Assembly: GCA_903861205.1 (NCBI GenBank)
Contig: CAIOTC010000020.1
Location: 39,976 to 103,975, forward strand
DNA: 64,000 nucleotides
Source of the DNA: an uncultured bacterium
GTDB lineage: Bacteria; Patescibacteriota; Minisyncoccia; Phycocordibacterales; DATDWN01
Direction: 5' to 3'
A model generated the notes under the pieces. It worked only from the letters and a program-made list of their open reading frames with translations, was not told the origin of the DNA and made no database searches. Below are positions 9,179 through 18,505 of this stretch, in pieces. Position 1 is the stretch's first letter. Each line of letters begins with the position of its first letter. The position numbers were made by a program, and so were the translations under genes.

Positions 9179-10483
9179 ATGATATTTCTCAAACATATCG
9201 CAAAACAAATTTTCCAATACGAAGCGCGGCTTGTACTGCGCAGGTATCATCCTAAAATCATCGCTATTACCGGCAGTGTTGGAAAAACTTTGACCAAGGA
9301 TACGTTGTATGCCATTTTGTCCAAGAAATTTTTTGTTCGCAAAAGTGAAAAAAGTTTTACGACCGAGCTTGGCGTGCCTCTTTCGGTCATCGGCTGTCCG
9401 TATGGCAGTGGTTCTGTTTTGCAATGGACACAGAATATTTTGATTGGTCTTCGATTGCTTGTTTTCAAATCCAAATATCCGGATTGGCTCATTTTGGAAA
9501 TTGACGGTGACAAGCCCGGCGACTTTTTGAAATTGAGCTCGTGGCTTTCGCCGGATATTTTAGTCGTCACGGCGGTGGGTGGAGTGCCGGCGCATATTGA
9601 GGAATTTGGCAGTGACGTCGAAGCGTTTTTGAACGAGAAAAAAAGTTTGATCGATTCCGTCTCGCGCGATGGAGTGATTATTTTCAATGAAGATGACGAG
9701 GTGACAGATCGACTGGTCAAGGGCGCATCCGCGAGGACAATCTCGTGTGGGACGACTTCGGATTGTGCCGTCAGTTCAAAAGATTTCAAAATATTGTACA
9801 GCAAAACAAAAAACGGCCAAACGGTAAACGGCATGTCTTTTGAAATATTTATTAACGGCAAATCATGTCCGGTAACCATTTTGTCGTATCTCGGAGAGCC
9901 GATTCAGAATGCCGTTTTGCTTTCCGTGGCCGCGGCGAAAGAGCTCGGCGTTTCTCCGGAAGATAGCGTGGCGATCCTCGGCAAATTAAATTTCGCGCCG
10001 GGACGGATGAATCTCGTAACGGGATTGAAGGATACGATTATCATCGATGATTCGTACAATTCCTCGCCGATTGCTATGAAGCAAGCCGTGGCAGTTTTTT
10101 CGCAGATTAAAAATGTCGGCCGAAAAATCGCGGTCATCGGCGACATGTTCGAGCTCGGCAGATTTTCAGCGCAGGAGCATGTTCGCATAGCCCAGGAACT
10201 TCACGGTGTCGCTTCATATGTCATTTGTGTCGGTATTCGCAGTCGCCGAATAGGCGAAGAATTGCTCTCGCTCGGCTTTGACGAGTCGTCGCTTGTTTGC
10301 GTTGACACATCATACGAAGCCGGAAATATTTTGCAAAATATTATTCAAGCGGGAGATTTGATTTTAATAAAAGGCTCGCAAGCTATGCGCATGGAACGCG
10401 TGGTCGAGGAGGTGATGCGCCACCCGGAGGACAAAGCGACCGTTTTGTGCCGTCAAGAAAGCGAATGGTTGGGTAGGGAATAA
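9179..10483 (+). CDS. murF: UDP-MurNAc-tripeptide--D-Ala-D-Ala ligase
   Basis: ITGSVGKT, GRM...IIDDSYNSSP, GDMFELG and LIKGSQAMRME motifs. Confidence 0.88.
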   Translation: MIFLKHIAKQIFQYEARLVLRRYHPKIIAITGSVGKTLTKDTLYAILSKKFFVRKSEKSFTTELGVPLSVIGCPYGSGSVLQWTQNILIGLRLLVFKSKYPDWLILEIDGDKPGDFLKLSSWLSPDILVVTAVGGVPAHIEEFGSDVEAFLNEKKSLIDSVSRDGVIIFNEDDEVTDRLVKGASARTISCGTTSDCAVSSKDFKILYSKTKNGQTVNGMSFEIFINGKSCPVTILSYLGEPIQNAVLLSVAAAKELGVSPEDSVAILGKLNFAPGRMNLVTGLKDTIIIDDSYNSSPIAMKQAVAVFSQIKNVGRKIAVIGDMFELGRFSAQEHVRIAQELHGVASYVICVGIRSRRIGEELLSLGFDESSLVCVDTSYEAGNILQNIIQAGDLILIKGSQAMRMERVVEEVMRHPEDKATVLCRQESEWLGRE

Positions 10484-10491
10484 TTTTTCAT

Positions 10492-10534
10492 AAAAAAAGC
10501 CCCGGAGCGGACTCAGGGGCATCGGGCTTTTTTT
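10492..10534. terminator. Bidirectional intrinsic terminator
   Basis: AAAAAAAGCCC ... GGGCTTTTTTT. Confidence 0.75.
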
Positions 10535-11090
10535 ACGAACATTTTTGCGAACAAAAACAGAACAAATAACAACTCGCTCAGATCAGGGGGTGGGTTATTC
10601 CGCCCGTCTAGTCAACTTGTGCTTTCGCACCTGCTGGCCAAAATTGCGGGTTTCCCCAACCTCCTGATACTTTCGCATCCGTCGGCCGCATTTTTGTGCG
10701 CCCAAAGATACCCATATTACCATCGACAAGTGGACTTGCCTTCGGCTCCCAGGGTGGGGATTTGACCGTCTAGTCTTTTGTTGGCTCTAAACCAAATGCT
10801 GTTTATCCTTACCGGCATTCCAAGGACGTTTACTTCTGCCAGAATCCCTTTGGATTTGGAGATTAACCCGACAGAAATAATTTTTCGGTTTGGTCAATGA
10901 TACAAGGACTGCTCTTGTTTTGTCCCGCTTTTGACGGCGAAACTTTGAAGGGAATTTCTTCCCACTGATTGCTTAGCTTTAAACTGAGAGCAAGATATCC
11001 ACTCTACGCTCTCCAATCAGTACAGCCTTCCGTATCTGTTCCGGTTCTGGTGGCAAATATACACTTGTCGGATGAAGATGGTGGGAAGAT
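10492..11090 (-). ncRNA. Candidate large structured non-coding RNA (about 600 nt), family unidentified
   Basis: No credible ORF; nested inverted repeats; three GAAA tetraloop stems on the minus strand; long-range helix 10721-10740/11052-11074; duplicated GACUAGACGG..CCCACCC motif; ends in a terminator. Confidence 0.65.
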
Positions 11091-11145
11091 GGAGATGAGA
11101 TAAAAAAACAGCACACCACTTGGGTGCGCCGTTATGAAGTCGAAC

Positions 11146-11787
11146 CTAAAACTGTTTCCGATTGAGTGCTTTGTCTTTCGCGATTGCAATAGCCGCCTCA
11201 CTCAGTTTTTCTGATCCCATACATTCCGCATTCATGAGAGAATCATCCTTGATATCAGGAACTCCCAGTAAATGACCAATTTCATGAACCATGACAGAGG
11301 TCTTACTACATTCTCCGGGATCGCCAACAATCCAAACCGTAGGGTTATCACCACCAAGCACACTGCACGCAATCGCAATTTCACTCCTGCATACGTCACG
11401 TTTATCGGCCACGAGGGTAAAAGATGGTACCTTTACTTCTTTTTGCCAGATTTCCGTCGCCCGCATTGCCGCAGGAGCCCATTCTTTCCAAAGCGCAAGA
11501 TTCTTTTTGTCTCGCTTATCTACCATGGAAATTTTGAATTCCTCGGTAGATGTCACCTTTTGTTCTTTTGCGGTTGCTGATGACCCTGTCGAAACAGAAG
11601 TTCGATTAGCAGTCGATCTCCCAAGGAGCGTTCCCATTGCGAAAACTAACAAAGTAAAACTAATGGACCAAAGAATATTGAAAAGGTTTTGGTCAGATAC
11701 GACCTTTTTTGTCTCAACGCCTTCAGTTACACCACCCACCGTGCACGGGTATTCGTAAGTTGCTGCCAAACACTTTTGAACTTGCAT
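11146..11787 (-). CDS. Membrane-anchored zinc metalloprotease-like protein (matrixin/metzincin type)
   Basis: TM helix; HEIGHLLGVPD followed by the Met-turn-like SLM; SD CAGGAGG, a TTGACT promoter and a terminator at 11102-11130. Confidence 0.7.
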   Translation of the reverse strand: MQVQKCLAATYEYPCTVGGVTEGVETKKVVSDQNLFNILWSISFTLLVFAMGTLLGRSTANRTSVSTGSSATAKEQKVTSTEEFKISMVDKRDKKNLALWKEWAPAAMRATEIWQKEVKVPSFTLVADKRDVCRSEIAIACSVLGGDNPTVWIVGDPGECSKTSVMVHEIGHLLGVPDIKDDSLMNAECMGSEKLSEAAIAIAKDKALNRKQF

Positions 11788-11837
11788 TGTTTATGCCTCC
11801 TGGCTCAGGATAGCATACTAAATCTGAAAGTCAAGTG

Positions 11838-11909
11838 TGACCCTACGCGGGGTCGAACCGCGCTTCTAGCCTTGAGAAGGCTATGTCCTAGCCGATAGAC
11901 GATAGGGCC
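11838..11909 (-). tRNA. tRNA-Glu(CTC)
   Basis: Reverse complement GGCCCTA...TAGCC-TT-CTC-AA-GGCTA...GGTTCGACC...TAGGGTCA forms a cloverleaf. Confidence 0.95.
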
Positions 11910-11979
11910 GTGAAATAAATATAACATTCCAATGATCTTTTGTCACTTGTTTTTATTTGGTGGGGGAATATAATGTAGG

Positions 11980-12182
11980 TGTGAGTTGAGTTAGGGTTGT
12001 GTGGTTGAGGTTGAGCGATGATATTCATCCTCCCTCCCACACAAGACCCTTCCGTCATTCACAAGTTCCTTCTGACAGGCCGATCGAAACTAGTATCGAT
12101 CACTCTGTCACTTATGTTTTGGCAAGTTGATATCAATTTGCCCCGTTTCCCACAAAGGCGTCCTTCGGGATGGCCTTTTTTG
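11980..12182 (+). ncRNA. Candidate structured small RNA (about 200 nt)
   Basis: TATAAT at 11969; long G/U-rich hairpin 11981-12062; two more hairpins; UUCG-capped terminator with a U-tract at 12165-12182. Confidence 0.5.
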
Positions 12183-12231
12183 CTATGAAAAATTTTTTAC
12201 AAAAAAAGTGGCACTGATTTCTCAGTGCCGG

Positions 12232-12348
12232 TTAATGCTTGCTTGTTGCAATGCAATATAAAACTGTCACAAGGATCAATGATCCGACAAACTCGCAAGA
12301 AACGAGAATAAATAACTTTGAAAAATATTCACATATTGTTTTGCTCAT
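12232..12348 (-). CDS. 38-aa hydrophobic small protein (not in ORF track)
   Basis: MSKTICEYFSKLFILVSCEFVGSLILVTVLYCIATSKH; TTGACT-17-TATAAC promoter, GGAGG upstream, terminator at 12202-12230. Confidence 0.6.
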   Translation of the reverse strand: MSKTICEYFSKLFILVSCEFVGSLILVTVLYCIATSKH

Positions 12349-12452
12349 TTCCTTTGAACCTCCGAAATAGTTATACATGAACTGTATGATAAAGTCAAAC
12401 CCTGTTAACATCTTTTGTGGTTTTGCTGTGGCAGATTGTATATAATGTATAC

Positions 12453-15179
12453 ATGGAGCAATTTAAAAGTCCGCAGGAGGAAATAAATTTTTTGCGCGAG
12501 CAGATTACCAGCAAAGAAAAAGTCTTGAGCGAAAAAGATTTCAGCGTGGAAAAAGATACCCTGGTTCACGATCAGATTTCTCGTTACCGCGATGCCAGTC
12601 CGGCCGAAATTTTGCACCAGGATTACGCGCTCACCCCGGAAAACACAAATGAAATTGTTCTGAATCTGACGCCGGAACGCCACGACAAAAAAATAAAAGA
12701 GTTGGTTAAAATAATGGACGAAAAAGGCGTCAAAAATGCGCTGTCTGTTTTGTCGAAGTTCAAAGATCCGCACCTGGAAGACGACTTTCACCGCTTTTTG
12801 GTTCAATATGTCAAGGGTGGCAAGAAGCCGAAAGATTTCGCGCCAAAGGAAGAAAAATTCCGCGGCGTTGACATGGTTTTGTACGAGGTTGTTTTGCCGG
12901 AGGATAATTTTTCCTCACCTGGTGAGGAAAAAAACAAAACACTCAAGGAACTTATTTCCAGCATGGAGCAATTTTTTTCCGGCATGCTTTCGGTCACGAC
13001 TAAAGACGAAAAAGGAAATTACATTTCGCTGGAAATCGCCAATTCAAACGGCAGTGACCAGTTTATTTATTATGTGGCTGTGCCGGCAAAATACAAAGAT
13101 CTTTTCGAAAAGCACATCATTTCCGTTTTTCACAACGCGCGTTTGACGGAGAAAATCGACGACTACAATGTTTTCAACGAGGAGGGTTTTTCCGTCGGTT
13201 CGTGTTTGAAGACGAAAGAAAATCCGATTTATCCGTTCAAAACTTACGAGCAATTTGACCACGATCCGATGAATGTGGTGCTCAACAGCTTTTCCAAAAT
13301 CAAAAAAGACGGTGAGGGTGCCGCGCTTCAGATTATTTTTGCTCCGCGAGGGGATTATTATTACAAACGCTACGAATACGCGGTCAAGCAAATTGAAAAA
13401 GGCGTCAAAACGAAGGAAGCGATAAATCAGCCGGAAACATTTTGGGGTGAAGCGGGTCAGACATTAAAAACTTTGTTTGTTGAGCCCGAGAAAAAGGACA
13501 AGGACAAACCTGTCGACAATGATGCAATAACCAAAATCCGGGCCAAAATGTCGAGCACTATCGTGGCCACCAATATTCGCTTGGTTGTTTCGAGCCAGAA
13601 TCAAACCGACGCCGAAAATATTTTGCATACCATCGAGTCTAGCTTCAACCAATTTTCCGACACTGCTTCAAACGGTTTAGTCTGGAAGCACATTGAAAAG
13701 AGCGCGTTGCAAAAAATGTTCCGCGAATTTTCATTCAGAATGTTTAATGGAGATGAGACGATTCCACTCAATTTGCACGAGCTGACAAGTCTTATTCATT
13801 TCCAAACCAACACACTTTCGCCAACGCCACAGCTCAAACAAACACAGTCTGTCACTGCGCCTGCGCCGGCCGATATGAAAAATAGCGGGACATTTTTGGG
13901 TGTCAACAATTTCCGCAATGTTGAGACAAAAGTTTTCATCGGCGACGAAGATCGTCTGCGGCACATGTACATCATCGGCCAGACCGGTGTTGGAAAAACT
14001 GTTTGTTTGAAAAATATGGTTATCCAGGATATCGAGCGAGGCAACGGCTGTTGTTTTATCGATCCGCACGGCACAGATATTTTGGACGTTTTGGCCAACA
14101 TTCCGCAGGAGCGTTTTCAAGATGTCATTTATTTTGATCCGAGTTACACGGAACGGCCGATGGCGCTCAATATGCTCGAATACGATCTGCGATTTCCGGA
14201 ACAGAAAACTTTTGTGGTCAACGAACTGTTTTCCATTTTCCAAAAATTATACGGCGGGGTTCCGGAGTCGATGGGGCCGATTTTCGAGCAATATTTTCGC
14301 AACGCCACCATGCTGGTTATCGAGGATCCGGAGACCGGTTGTACACTGCTCGACGTTTCGCGCGTCATGGCCAACAAAGCTTATCGCGATTTGAAAATTT
14401 CTCGCTGCAAAAATCCGGTGGTGGTGGAGTTTTGGAAAGAAGTGGCCGAAAAAGCCGGTGGGGAAGCGGCGCTCTCGAACATTGTGCCGTACATCACCAG
14501 CAAGTTCGATGTCTTTTTGGCCAACGACATCATGCGGCCGATTATCGCGCAGGAAAAATCGTCCTTCAATTTCCGCGATATCATGGATAATAAGAAAATT
14601 TTGCTGGTCAACCTTGCTAAAGGCCGGCTCGGCGACATCAACGCAAACTTGATTGGGCTCATTTTGGTCGGAAAGATTTTGATGGCGGCACTCTCGAGAG
14701 TAGATTTGTTGACACCCGGTGTCAATGAGTTGTCCCCATTTTATCTTTACATCGACGAGTTCCAAAACATCACCACTGATTCGATTTCCACTATTTTGTC
14801 GGAGGCGCGCAAATATAAATTGTCGCTGACCGTAGCGCACCAGTTCATTGCCCAGCTCCAGGAAAAAATTCGCGACGCCGTTTTTGGCAATGTCGGCTCG
14901 ATTGTCTCTTTCCGCGTTTCAGCCGAGGACGCCGAATATTTGGAAAAACAATTTTCACCTGTTTTCACAGCCAAGGATATTATGAATATTGATAACTTGA
15001 ATGCGTACGTCAAAATGCTGGTGGATGGCCGGGCCGAAAAAGCATTTAACATCAAAGAACCATTTCCGCCAGCCGGCAATCCGGCTATCGTCGAATCATT
15101 AAAACAACTTTCATATCTGACATATGGTGGCAATCGCGCCGAAATCGAAGCGGGGATTTTGCAGAAGTACAAAAAGTAA
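12453..15179 (+). CDS. VirD4/TraG/HerA-like P-loop ATPase (DUF87/TrwB type)
   Basis: DRLRHMYIIGQTGVGKT (Walker A), IDPHG, LYIDEFQN (Walker B), LSEARKY, AHQF; a type widespread in CPR chromosomes. Confidence 0.88.
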   Translation: MEQFKSPQEEINFLREQITSKEKVLSEKDFSVEKDTLVHDQISRYRDASPAEILHQDYALTPENTNEIVLNLTPERHDKKIKELVKIMDEKGVKNALSVLSKFKDPHLEDDFHRFLVQYVKGGKKPKDFAPKEEKFRGVDMVLYEVVLPEDNFSSPGEEKNKTLKELISSMEQFFSGMLSVTTKDEKGNYISLEIANSNGSDQFIYYVAVPAKYKDLFEKHIISVFHNARLTEKIDDYNVFNEEGFSVGSCLKTKENPIYPFKTYEQFDHDPMNVVLNSFSKIKKDGEGAALQIIFAPRGDYYYKRYEYAVKQIEKGVKTKEAINQPETFWGEAGQTLKTLFVEPEKKDKDKPVDNDAITKIRAKMSSTIVATNIRLVVSSQNQTDAENILHTIESSFNQFSDTASNGLVWKHIEKSALQKMFREFSFRMFNGDETIPLNLHELTSLIHFQTNTLSPTPQLKQTQSVTAPAPADMKNSGTFLGVNNFRNVETKVFIGDEDRLRHMYIIGQTGVGKTVCLKNMVIQDIERGNGCCFIDPHGTDILDVLANIPQERFQDVIYFDPSYTERPMALNMLEYDLRFPEQKTFVVNELFSIFQKLYGGVPESMGPIFEQYFRNATMLVIEDPETGCTLLDVSRVMANKAYRDLKISRCKNPVVVEFWKEVAEKAGGEAALSNIVPYITSKFDVFLANDIMRPIIAQEKSSFNFRDIMDNKKILLVNLAKGRLGDINANLIGLILVGKILMAALSRVDLLTPGVNELSPFYLYIDEFQNITTDSISTILSEARKYKLSLTVAHQFIAQLQEKIRDAVFGNVGSIVSFRVSAEDAEYLEKQFSPVFTAKDIMNIDNLNAYVKMLVDGRAEKAFNIKEPFPPAGNPAIVESLKQLSYLTYGGNRAEIEAGILQKYKK

Positions 15180-15195
15180 AACCCCGCCGACGACC

Positions 15196-15423
15196 TTAGT
15201 CGTTGACGGGGCACACGTGCTCGTTGGCCTCGAACCTCATCTGACGAGACCCAACAAGTCTCCGGAAGTTTTTGAGTTCGGCGAGAAATTCTTTTTCTTT
15301 GCGATCTCTCTCCGCGAACTCTTTTTTCCTCATTGCGCCCAACCTCCCGAGTCGGGACAAGGCATTGTGATCTCCAAGCCGTTGGGCAGTTAAAACGCTC
15401 GGCGGTTTTTCGCGATTTCTCAT
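15196..15423 (-). CDS. Hypothetical basic small protein
   Basis: TTGACT-17-TATAAT promoter and CAGGAGG SD directly upstream. Confidence 0.55.
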   Translation of the reverse strand: MRNREKPPSVLTAQRLGDHNALSRLGRLGAMRKKEFAERDRKEKEFLAELKNFRRLVGSRQMRFEANEHVCPVND

Positions 15424-15500
15424 ACCAAACCTCCTGATACAATTATACTACCAACCAATATAAAAGTCAAGCTAAACTGTGGATAACTAAACCAATTTTT

Positions 15501-15530
15501 GGACACCGGGTGTCAACGAATAGGAGGGCT
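15501..15530. repeat. GACAC-N3-GTGTC repeat family, intergenic copy
   Basis: GGACACCGGGTGTCAACGAATAGGAGGGCT; 29/30 identical to 24838-24867 inside uvrC. Confidence 0.85.
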
Positions 15531-15541
15531 TAGTTGAGCCA

Positions 15542-16000
15542 CTAATTGGTGAGGAGTTCATCGACAACGGATTTGACTGTGTCGCCATCGGTTTGACCTT
15601 TGAATTCTTTCATCAGCGCACCCATGAATTTGCCCGCGCCGGATTTGTCGGTCACTCCAAGTTCCGCTTTTTTGGCCACAGCCACTTTCATAACATCTTC
15701 TCGTGACATCATTTGCGGTAAGTAAGTTTCCAAGATGGCCATTTCGGCTTTTTCACTTTCCGCCAGTTCTGGTCGTCCGCCTTTTGTGAATTGTTCAATC
15801 GAATCTTTGCGTTGTTTAACTTGTCTACGGATGACGGCAATAACCTCGTCATCTTTCAGTTCTTCCGTCGGTGGTCGTTTGGTGGCGACAAGTTCATTTG
15901 TAAACCCGGCCAAAAGTCCGCGCAAAACGGACAATCGTACTTCCTCCCGTGCCCTCATGGCTTCTTTGACTTGATCTCGAATTGTTTGTTGTAGTGACAT
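15542..16000 (-). CDS. yqeY: GatB/YqeY domain protein
   Basis: KQRKDSIEQFTKGGRPELAESEKAE..ILETYLPQ motif. Confidence 0.92.
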   Translation of the reverse strand: MSLQQTIRDQVKEAMRAREEVRLSVLRGLLAGFTNELVATKRPPTEELKDDEVIAVIRRQVKQRKDSIEQFTKGGRPELAESEKAEMAILETYLPQMMSREDVMKVAVAKKAELGVTDKSGAGKFMGALMKEFKGQTDGDTVKSVVDELLTN

Positions 16001-16001
16001 G

Positions 16002-16316
16002 TTATTTATTTTGTAATTGTCTTTCCAATTTGGCGATTCGCATTTCGTGGTTTTTAAAACTTGTTTTCATGGCATCAACAACCATCACAAGCGGTCCTAA
16101 AATATTTTCAATATTTTTCATTCTGTCATCTATGCTGTCCAATTTTAATTTAACTTCGAACATTGATCTATCCAAACCATCTACTCTTTTTTCCAATACG
16201 TCGAACCTGTTTTCCAAGACATCGAATCTTTTGTCTTGCCCTGCAAATCCTCCTTGAACCATAATAGCCAAGTCATCGATGGTTATTTCTTTTTTTGCGG
16301 AGACTTTCTTTTTCAT
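16002..16316 (-). CDS. Hypothetical coiled-coil protein
   Basis: TIDDLAIMVQGGF plus heptad repeats RFDVLE-NRFDVLE-KRVDGLD. Confidence 0.75.
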   Translation of the reverse strand: MKKKVSAKKEITIDDLAIMVQGGFAGQDKRFDVLENRFDVLEKRVDGLDRSMFEVKLKLDSIDDRMKNIENILGPLVMVVDAMKTSFKNHEMRIAKLERQLQNK

Positions 16317-16389
16317 AATTTACATTATATCAGAGTGTAAAAAAAGATAGCAAGATGAATTCTTTAATTTTTCCTGTTATAATATAGTT

Positions 16390-17430
16390 ATGGAGATAAT
16401 ACTCTATATTCTTATTGGGCTAGTGGTTGGTGGAACGATCGCATATTTATTGCGGTCGAAGCCAGAAACAAACGACACCGGGCTCAAACTAATTCTCCAG
16501 CAAATCAATGAGCTCAATCGCACGGTGGATGCCAAAATCGGCGAAAGTAGCCGGCATATGAACGAATCGGTGCGGACGCAACTTGGCGAGTCAGCCAATT
16601 TGATTCGTGAAGTGACGAAAGGTTTGACCAAACTCGACGAAACGAATCGTCAGGTGGTTTCTTTTGCCGATCAACTCCAAAATTTGCAGGACATTTTGAA
16701 AAATCCGAAACAGCGCGGAATTTTAGGCGAATATTATCTGGAAACGTTGCTGAAAAATGTTTTGGCGCCGGCGCAATATCAGATGCAATACGCTTTTGCC
16801 AGCGGGGAAATTGTTGACGCGGTTGTTTTTGTCAAAGATAAAATCATTCCGATTGACTCCAAATTTTCGCTTGAAAATTACAACCGTTTGACCGAGGCCA
16901 AAGATCCGACCGAAAAAGATCGGCTGGAAAAACTTTTTGTCAGTGACCTGAAAATCCGCATTACCGAAACGGCCAAATACATTCGGCCAGCCGAGGGGAC
17001 GATGGATTTCGCTTTTATGTTCATTCCACACGAGGCTATTTATTACGATTTACTCATCAACAAAATCGGTGGAATTTCCGACGATACGGAAAATTTGATT
17101 CAACGTGCGGCCGGAAAATACAAAGTCATTATTGTTTCGCCGACTTCATTTCTGGCTTACTTGCAAACGGTTTTGCAAGGACTCAAAGCCATGCAAATCG
17201 AGGAAACGGCCAAGGATATTATCAAACGTGTGGGCGAGCTCGGCGAACATTTGAAAAGGTACGAAACATATCACGGCAAGTTGGGCACTTCGCTCGAAAC
17301 GGTGGTCAATCATTTCAACGCTTCGAGTAAAGAATTCAAAAAAGTGGACAAGGATGTCATGCGAATAACTGGCACGTCGGTGGACATCGAAACGTCGCTG
17401 ATTGAAAAACCGGAAGATAGTAGTCAGTAG
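16390..17430 (+). CDS. rmuC: DNA recombination protein RmuC
   Basis: NPKQRGILGE, PIDSKF, TMDFAFMFIPHEAIY and VSPTSF motifs. Confidence 0.93.
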   Translation: MEIILYILIGLVVGGTIAYLLRSKPETNDTGLKLILQQINELNRTVDAKIGESSRHMNESVRTQLGESANLIREVTKGLTKLDETNRQVVSFADQLQNLQDILKNPKQRGILGEYYLETLLKNVLAPAQYQMQYAFASGEIVDAVVFVKDKIIPIDSKFSLENYNRLTEAKDPTEKDRLEKLFVSDLKIRITETAKYIRPAEGTMDFAFMFIPHEAIYYDLLINKIGGISDDTENLIQRAAGKYKVIIVSPTSFLAYLQTVLQGLKAMQIEETAKDIIKRVGELGEHLKRYETYHGKLGTSLETVVNHFNASSKEFKKVDKDVMRITGTSVDIETSLIEKPEDSSQ

Positions 17431-17487
17431 TTAGTAGATAGCATTTAGGAATAAATAGGAAAAATTATTATTAATTATTACAAAAAT

Positions 17488-17766
17488 ATGAAATTTTTTT
17501 GGGAATCAAAACCAGCGGTTGTGGAGCAAGATCAAGAAAAAGTGGCGGAACTCGTGCGCATGGTGCAACAATGGTCAAATGTTGAATCGTTTGCCAGTGA
17601 GCCGGGTTCTTCTCACGGTGGTGATAATACAAATGTTTCAGAATTAGTTGCAAATATTTCTGAACAAGCAAAAACATTGTCATCAGATCAAATCGACGGC
17701 GCATTTAAAATGGCACAATTAAATGATGAGGAAATAGGTAGATTGAAAGAATTGCTTGGTAGGTAG
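17488..17766 (+). CDS. Hypothetical acidic protein
   Basis: 92-aa ORF with plausible composition; no recognised motif. Confidence 0.55.
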   Translation: MKFFWESKPAVVEQDQEKVAELVRMVQQWSNVESFASEPGSSHGGDNTNVSELVANISEQAKTLSSDQIDGAFKMAQLNDEEIGRLKELLGR

Positions 17767-17819
17767 GCGGGTGTGGATAAGTGATTGCAACAAAAAACAC
17801 TTCATGATAAGTTAATATA

Positions 17820-18131
17820 GGAAATACGTTCGCGATCAGCACGCTTTGAATTGCCATAACTCGCTCTACCTCGTTTAGCTGCGTAGCCACAAAACTGTTC
17901 CGCAGCTCGGACTAAATGCGATCGATTATCGAGATGTCGGTTGCAGGCAGTTAACCCGTTCAACCAGGAGGTAACCCCCCCGTGAATATTCATTCTCCTC
18001 CGATGAAGGATGGCGGCGACTAGCGTTCCCAGTGCCAAAGGGTAAGTTGCGGGGCGGCCGCGAGTGGCCCCCCGCAACGCAAATTTGTTCATTCGTTTTC
18101 ACACGACGACCCTTCGGGGTTGTTTTTGTTT
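17820..18131 (+). ncRNA. Candidate structured RNA A (about 310 nt)
   Basis: TTGCAA-17-TAAGTT (TGn) promoter; hairpins AGCTGCG/CGCAGCT and GTTGCGGGG/CCCCGCAAC; UUCG terminator with U-tract. Confidence 0.55.
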
Positions 18132-18189
18132 AAAAATTTATTGTGGAAAACTGCTTGCGTAAAAAATTACTACATGATATCTTAATGAA

Positions 18190-18440
18190 GAAGTTGTTCA
18201 TTTTTGTTGAGGAGGAATTTCTCTTGAAGCATTCTTCTCATCAGCGGCGGGCCAGGGATAAGGATATTCTGCCCTAGCTTCCGGCTAGGGCGAGCGATAG
18301 AAGCGAGGGAAAGTCGGCAATGAGCCGAAACCTCAAGACTGACATCGCGTCAAACACCGGCGGTGGGGGCATGGCAAAGCGCGAAACTTGCCCCCACAAA
18401 CCATTTCACAACGCGAGCTACGGCTCGTGTTTTTCTTTTT
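18190..18440 (+). ncRNA. Candidate structured RNA B (about 250 nt)
   Basis: TTGCGT-17-TATCTT (TGn) promoter; hairpins GCCCTAGC/GCTAGGGC, GAGG..TCGGC/GCCGA..CCTC and GTGGGGGCA/TGCCCCCAC; terminator at 18411-18440. Confidence 0.55.
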
Positions 18441-18505
18441 CAATCTACGCTATAGCGTAAATCATAAATTTTTATTTTTCATATTTATGTTGTATTGTGT
18501 AGCGT

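Noticed and set aside
10492-11090. Group I/II intron, RNase P RNA or tmRNA identity for the large RNA candidate
   Set aside because: No interrupted gene, no domain V or GUGCG boundary, no GAGGAAAGUCC P4 motif, no tRNA-like ends or tag peptide seen.
11004-11201. 65-aa minus-strand ORF
   Set aside because: Overlaps the protease end and runs through its terminator; no motif.
12453-15179. Conjugative element or ICE implied by the VirD4-like ATPase
   Set aside because: No relaxase, VirB genes or integrase nearby; it sits among housekeeping genes.
17802-18092. 96-aa minus-strand ORF
   Set aside because: No SD or promoter, atypical composition; promoter and terminator signals point to a plus-strand RNA.
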